From Eledone cirrhosa (taxonomy: Eukaryota), in the NCBI GenBank assembly GCA_964016885.1, contig OZ024741.1, positions 238,762,001 through 238,826,000 of the forward strand: a stretch of DNA of 64,000 bases. Reading direction: 5' to 3'. Shown here one piece after another: positions 57,929-64,000 of the stretch (position 1 is its first letter; the number at the start of each line of letters is the position of its first letter). A program made the translations under genes and the position numbers. The notes under the pieces are model-generated. The model was not told where the DNA came from. It did no database searches and saw nothing but the letters and a program-made list of their open reading frames with translations.

Positions 57929-59600
57929 ATGGGCAGACAGAAGAAAATTGCTATGATGACATCCATGGATGAAATATGTGATAAAACTGGTCACTGTTCC
58001 AAAATAGAACATTGCCCAGAAAATCATGTCTGTCATCGATGTGCAGAACCCAAGAACTCCTCCCAAAATCAATGGGTTGAATGTGGTAAATGTCATGTTT
58101 CTGCCTGCCTTCAATGTGCCACAAACTTTCAAAGGATTCCAGGTCAAAAAAAGAAACACTATATTTCTAAGATGGATGGACTCTGAGAAATGTTACATCT
58201 ACCAAATTGGTTCTTTCAGTGCCTGGCTTGTGTGTCTGCCTCTCCCATTGCTGTTGAACAACAACAACAAAAACCGACGATTGTCTTCTCTACCATTGCT
58301 GTTGAACAACAACAACAAAAACCGACGACCATCTCTTCTCTACCATTGCTGCNNNNNNNNNNNNNNNNNNNNNNNNNNNNNNNNNNNNNNNNNNNNNNNN
58401 NNNNNNNNNNNNNNNNNNNNNNNNNNNNNNNNNNNNNNNNNNNNNNNNNNNNNNNNNNNNNNNNNNNNNNNNNNNNNNNNNNNNNNNNNNNNNNNNNNNN
58501 NNNNNNNNNNNNNNNNNNNNNNNNNNNNNNNNNNNNNNNNNNNNNNNNNNNNCCCATGATGTAATTGCCAGTGATGTATCAGAAGACATAGTTGATCTTC
58601 AGGCATTTGCTATCAGCTCATCCAAAGACCTAGGCTGTGCTTCTCCAAAGGGTGCTCTCCACCTTGGTCAATCAGGTCTGAAACCCAGACTAATTAGGCT
58701 ATCTTTTACAAGCTCTACTGAAGCACGTTCATACCATTTAGCCTCTGATAAAGCTAGGCATGAAAGTCAGATTACCTTTCGAACACGCCCTGGCCTACCA
58801 CCTGATGTACGTCCAAAACTATGTGCTGCAGCTTCCTTAAATCGCAACTCAGCTCAACATGAAAGCTTCAGCCTACATGATGATGGGCAGATATGGAAGT
58901 TTATTAAGGCTGGTGAAACATGTAAAAGAGATACCAGCTGGTCTGAGCACAGTGTACCCACAATAGCTGGCAATGAAAAAACTGTGAGAAACTAAATCAG
59001 AACAACCTGCCATCCCCTGCACATCATCATAAACTGAATTCAAGGTACAAATTGTTGTCCTTAAATGCTCGTAGTTTGTGCAACAAATTACATCTTTTTG
59101 ATTCTTACGTCAAAAGTATCGACCCTGATTTCATTACAGTCACGGAAACATGGGCACATTCCTTACTCTGTGATGGGGTTTTCAGCATAGCTAGCTACAA
59201 CTTGTTTCACAAAGATCACATTAATCATTGTGGTGGTGGTGTGATGGCTTACGTTCATTCAAACTTTTCAGCAATTCCTTGAATTGATTTGAACCAATCA
59301 CAACAAGAAGTATTTTTCTACACTATACGTATGACCATGTCAACACTTCTACTTGGAGTTATTTACTGCCCCTCCCCCCAACTTACTATCAAGATGCACA
59401 GCTTTGTGATATCCTCAGAGCTGCTGCCAGGAAAACAGCAGCTTATGATTTTATTGCAGGCAACCTCAATCAACCTCTGATTGATTGGGAAACCTTTCGT
59501 TGGCTGCAAAGTGCAAATGATTTCTTTGAGATTGTGCTGGATTCAAACTGGTCCCAAGTAGTCACTTCCCCAACAAGAGGTAACAACACTTTGGATTTAG
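57929..59600 (+). mobile_element. Decayed CR1/L2-type LINE 5' half (ORF1 PHD-like region and ORF2 APE endonuclease)
   Basis: CHRC..WVECGKC..CLQC; LG..KPRLIRLSF; SLNARSL, VTETW, GGGVMAYV, PTRGNNTLDL. 58800-58945 is partly duplicated at about 60120-60265. Confidence 0.72.
58353..58552. other. Assembly gap (200 N) preceded by a tandem repeat of about 48 bp
   Basis: N run; ccattgctgttgaacaacaacaacaaaaaccgacga is repeated at 58245-58352. Confidence 0.97.
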
Positions 59601-61006
59601 TAAACACATAGAATTAAATGTTTATCCAAGAAATACAGTAAAACACATAAGCTATGAACAAATAATTTACTTCTACTAATTATTAATGACTAAGCTTGAA
59701 TTTGTTCTGTTGATTAACTTCCTTTAATACCTGTAATTTTCATGAAACGTATGTTGCAAAATTAATAAATTTGAAAATATAATCTTTACCACTTTTATTA
59801 CAGTAGTAAGAATACCCTCAAATTTCAGTTAATATATCTAAATGAAACTCTATCTGAAGTATTTGGTGAAGTATGACATGAATTTTTATTTATGTTCCAT
59901 CAATTAGTGTAGAAATATAACAAGGCAAAGAATTGCTATATTATACAAACTACCATGTTTATCTCAGAATGGAATGAAGTGGTTCATTGTTGAGAATGTG
60001 CTAAGCAGGTTAGTGAAGCCATTGAGAAGAATTATAGTAAAAAAACTATCATCCTTTTTATGACAGCCTGAAAGTCTATATGACCATAACACACTACCTC
60101 AAAAAGCTTCCTCAAACCTCTATCAGTGTGGAAATGTGAACATGGTGCAGCTTCCTTAAATCACAACTCAGCACAATATGAAAGCTTCAGCCTATGTGAT
60201 GATGGGCAGATATGGAAGTTTATTAAGGCTTGTGAAACATGGTAAAGAGATACCAGCTGGTCTGAAATGATGATGACAATGATGAGTGGAGTAAAATAAA
60301 GAAGATAACCTGCTAAAAGAAAAGTCTAGCTTGGAGTATAACTATTCTTATGAAAGTAGGTAGTGACATAGTTAGAATGTACTGCAATTTTTTTTTTTTT
60401 TTTTTTTACTTGTTTCAGTCAAAAGGTCCCAGTCAAAAGATCCCAGCCGTTTTGGGGTGCCACCTTTATTTAGTCAATCAGTATCTTTTTTAATCTTCCT
60501 GCAGGACATAAACACAGAATGATAGTCATAAATGTAAACATAGGTACAGACACAAATACATAGACATATATATGTATATATGTGTGTGTGTATATATATA
60601 TATATAAAGAGAGAGAGAGAGAAGAAAACACAAAAAGGGGTGTTTTCAATTACAAGGGGTAGAAAACCACTGAGTGAAGAACATAAAGTCTACGAAAAGT
60701 GTGGAAAATATATATATATACTATATTATGAAGAGCCCAGTACTGATTCCTTGAGCTCATTAAATTACAGGGGATTGACGCGAGTCTTTAACTCTGTATT
60801 TTCATTTGATATATATATGTGTGTGTGTGTGTGTGATATATGTATATATATATATAAAGGGAGATATATATATAAAATCCCAGCTTCAGTGGCAAGCAGT
60901 TTCAGCACCACAGTCAGGATTTTACATATCTCTATACCCACTCTGCATCTCCCCATGCATTGAGTACTCCCGTGATTAGTGGTCTCCCTAGTCTCAGCAG
61001 ACTCCT

Positions 61007-61062
<56 letters not shown>

Positions 61063-61065
<3 letters not shown>

Positions 61066-61651
61066 ATGATATTAATAAATAGAAACTATATTTATAAAAC
61101 CATATTTATTCTATTATACATAAATGTATGTATAGTATATTTGGCAATATACCGTATGTTTAATTAAAAACATTTTGAAGACCTTGCGCTTTTATTTTTA
61201 AAGTAGTGACTATATCACTTACTTCTTTTTTCGGCAAAGGAAGCGAGAGAAGCTGACAGATTCCATTTCATACTGTTGGTGTTCCTCAGAGCAACGTACT
61301 CCCCACCTCTGCCAAAAATTATAGAGGCTGGCTTCTTATAGAATTCCAGTAATAATCAGGAACTGATTATACAGAGCAATCGCCGGTCTAGCAAAAATTA
61401 AAAATTAGGATTATTACGGGAATTCTATAAGAATCCAGCCTCTATAATTTTCGGCAGAGACAGGGAGTACGTTGCTCTGAGGAACACCAACAGTGTGAAA
61501 CAGATCTGTCAGCTTCTCTCCCTTCCTTTGCCAAAAAAAGAAGTAAGTGATATAGTCACTACCTTAAAAATAATAGTGCAAGGTCTTCAAAATGTTTTTA
61601 ATTAAACATACAGTATATTGCCAAATATACTATACATACATTCATGTATAC
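61063..61651. mobile_element. Non-coding palindromic element, arms about 61114-61345 and 61418-61650
   Basis: Inverted repeat with a left extension abutting (TA)n. Confidence 0.83.
61474..61513 (+). ncRNA. Minimal hammerhead ribozyme motif (mutated mirror copy at about 61254-61293)
   Basis: GCT-CTGAGGA-ACAC-CAACA-GTGT-GAA-ACAGATCTGT-C-AGC; GUC triplet. Confidence 0.8.
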
Positions 61652-61679
61652 ATCGCTATTTCAGAGCACGAATTCTAAT

Positions 61680-61736
61680 TTCTATTATATATATTTCAAG
61701 GGTACCAAAACTTTGGTACGCTCTCATCAGATAAAA
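61680..61736 (-). ncRNA. Hammerhead ribozyme motif
   Basis: Reverse complement reads TTTTAT-CTGATGA-GAGCGTACCAAA-GT-TTTGGTACCCTT-GAA-ATATATAT-A-ATAGAA. Confidence 0.78.
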
Positions 61737-61910
61737 TACAAAGTTTGTTTTATAAATAGTGACATACCCAAGAATCAGACCTTAACAGTTCAAGTTCCGT
61801 TCTGATATTATACTCCAGAAAACTTGTTGAGTGATTCAAATCTGTTATAAATATATTTGTTGAATTACCAACAAATTAAATATCCCTTTGCTTATATATA
61901 TATATATATA

Positions 61911-62375
61911 GTTATACTTTGGGAGGGACATGCTGCCAATAAAAAAACACATACACCAGTTGAATTCCACTTCAATTTATTATTACAATTTTCTGTTGGT
62001 TAGGTTAATAACAGGATGGTTATTTAATTGTTAATTGTCAATACTCTTTTGTCACACATTGTGACCTCTTCAATGACTACTTTTGTTAGTTTGTGTCTCA
62101 TCTTTGTTCTATTTTACACCATCTTGTCTTTATGAACTATGCATCTGTATTACATCCGGGCGTGTGGGTTTAAATTTTTTTTCTCCCATTTTTGCTTGTC
62201 ACTAGTTAGTTGTTATTCTGATTTTTGTACTCTATATGTGTGTGTGATGGGTGGGTGTTGGGTCTGTCTTTGTATCTTAGTGATGTTCTTGTGTCTTTAT
62301 ATTGTCCTTAGTCACTATGTTGTGAAGTTGTTATTATTCCATTCATGCTTTCTATCTAATTTTTAATTTAATTTT
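61911..62375 (-). mobile_element. Single pseudo-LTR of the 27980/15391 family
   Basis: Terminus gttatactttgggaggga at (TA)n. Decayed hammerhead at about 62037-62077. The minus strand encodes KLDRKHEWNNN, like RLNRKNEWNNN at about 16160. Confidence 0.7.
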
Positions 62376-64000
62376 GGTCAAAGTTCATTTATATATATAA
62401 ATTATATCTGTATACATACAGAGCATGTAACTGAAACTGCATTAATGTGTATATAAATATACACATATTTAATACGACTTTCCCTGCAAATTGATTTTCG
62501 GGTCCAATTGGATCCCCTTCAGAAGGTGCGTATATCATCCAAACAACCACGAGGAAGCATGCATTTTGTGGGTTTATATACCCATTTGCTTTTAGTATTA
62601 TTATGAATGGACATACTAATTTGGTAATTAATTAAGATATATATTAAGAAGTGTATTAGCAGCTGAAGTGTTTGATAAAGTTATATCTGTATAAATACAG
62701 ATATAACTTTATCATACATTTCAGTATAACTGAGACTGCACCAATGTGTATATAAATATACACAGAGTAATAGTAAGAGCAAAGGGTATATAAGCCCCTG
62801 TATTTGACTGCTACTTTATTTTATCAACACTAGAAGGATGAAGAGCAAAGTTGATCTTGGCATTATTTCAACTCAGAAATAGTATATCATAACTAATAAT
62901 TCTTTAATTAATAATTCTTTCTACTTTTTGGCACAAACCCAGCAATTTTAAAGGGAAGTAGAAAGGCAATTAAATCAAAACCAGCGCATTACTGGTACTT
63001 TATTTTATCGACCCCCATAAGGATAAAAGCCAAAGAATGTAAAGGGCCATAACTATATGTCAGAAAGCATATTGTCCGACACTCTAGTGATACTGTTAGA
63101 TTATGACAATGAAACTTATTTAGTTTATTTGAATCCAGCAATCCCTGACAATTTCTTTTAAGAGACATTACACTTTTGTTATCCTGACTAAGAACGTTTT
63201 GCTTTTCAGTAGACTGTGAACAAAATTTATTTTATTTGCTATGATAATTTACATCATGAAAGGAATAATTAGAATAATCAAAGATTTTTTATTCATCAAC
63301 GTTTACAGAACAAGCTGGAAATATATAATTTTTTATACTATAGTGATTGAAACCACCACAATTAATAGATATTTATGCTGTCTCATTAGATTTTAGGCTT
63401 TTCTTTTGCTTTATTTTTTCTATTTAGTTTATGTTCTCAAAATAGAAATGGTAAAGACAAACTTTTCTAAACTTTAAATTCAAATGATTATTAAAAAACA
63501 AATTACAGTTTCATCAGATGTCTCAAATTCTGTGGTTATTGAAAAAAAGAATTCATAGTTATACGTCCATATTTTCTTTCAAGCTAGCATGTGTTGGGTG
63601 TCTTCTCCATTACAGTGTCTCTCCATATATGTCATGATTCCTTGTCATCTCCTTTAAAAGGTTCAACCTCATGAGATAAACCTCTATCACATTTTCCCAT
63701 GTCTTCTTCCACAAGTTACTTCCATTTCAATCACCTGACACTTCTTTACTCAACTACCATCTTTCATGTCTGTACCACTGCAGTCTTCTCTCTTACACAC
63801 TGCATCTGATTCCTCTTACACCCAGTAGTTCTTGCACTTCATTTGTGTTCTATTGTTCAGGCACACTAACATTACATATTTACAGAGCATGCTCCCTGCA
63901 TATATTTCTTCCCCATTCAATGTCCATGTTTCATTAGCAAGCAAATGCCAGATACAATCAGTCCATTACTCACAGAAAAAATCCCTTTGTTACCAACAGA

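Noticed and set aside
57887-58186. Host PHD-finger exon
   Set aside because: It is collinear with decayed LINE ORF1 and APE remnants downstream.

Overview
Eukaryotic, AT-rich, repeat-saturated DNA. The SINE/RTE repeat types and dense (TA)n/(CA)n tracts suggest a cephalopod (Octopus-like) genome; this is inference. No intact host gene is evident, only one possible terminal exon at about 50.2 kb on the minus strand. The window is a nest of decayed transposons: two Tx1/L1-clade LINEs, two R4/Dong-type RLE LINE fragments, several RTE and CR1 fragments, tRNA-derived SINEs, two Helitrons with recognisable ends, a DD37D (maT) Tc1/mariner remnant and a piggyBac-type MITE. The most striking signal is about ten distinct families of Penelope-like element (PLE) derivatives. 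Most are fold-back (inverted-repeat) units abutting (TA)n microsatellites, with one arm longer than the other. Most carry a minimal type I hammerhead ribozyme motif, usually with a palindromic stem III; more than 20 motif copies were read by eye, some with variant cores. Most long ORFs in the ORF track ([14 protein letters not shown]) are microsatellite artefacts. All coordinates were counted by hand.
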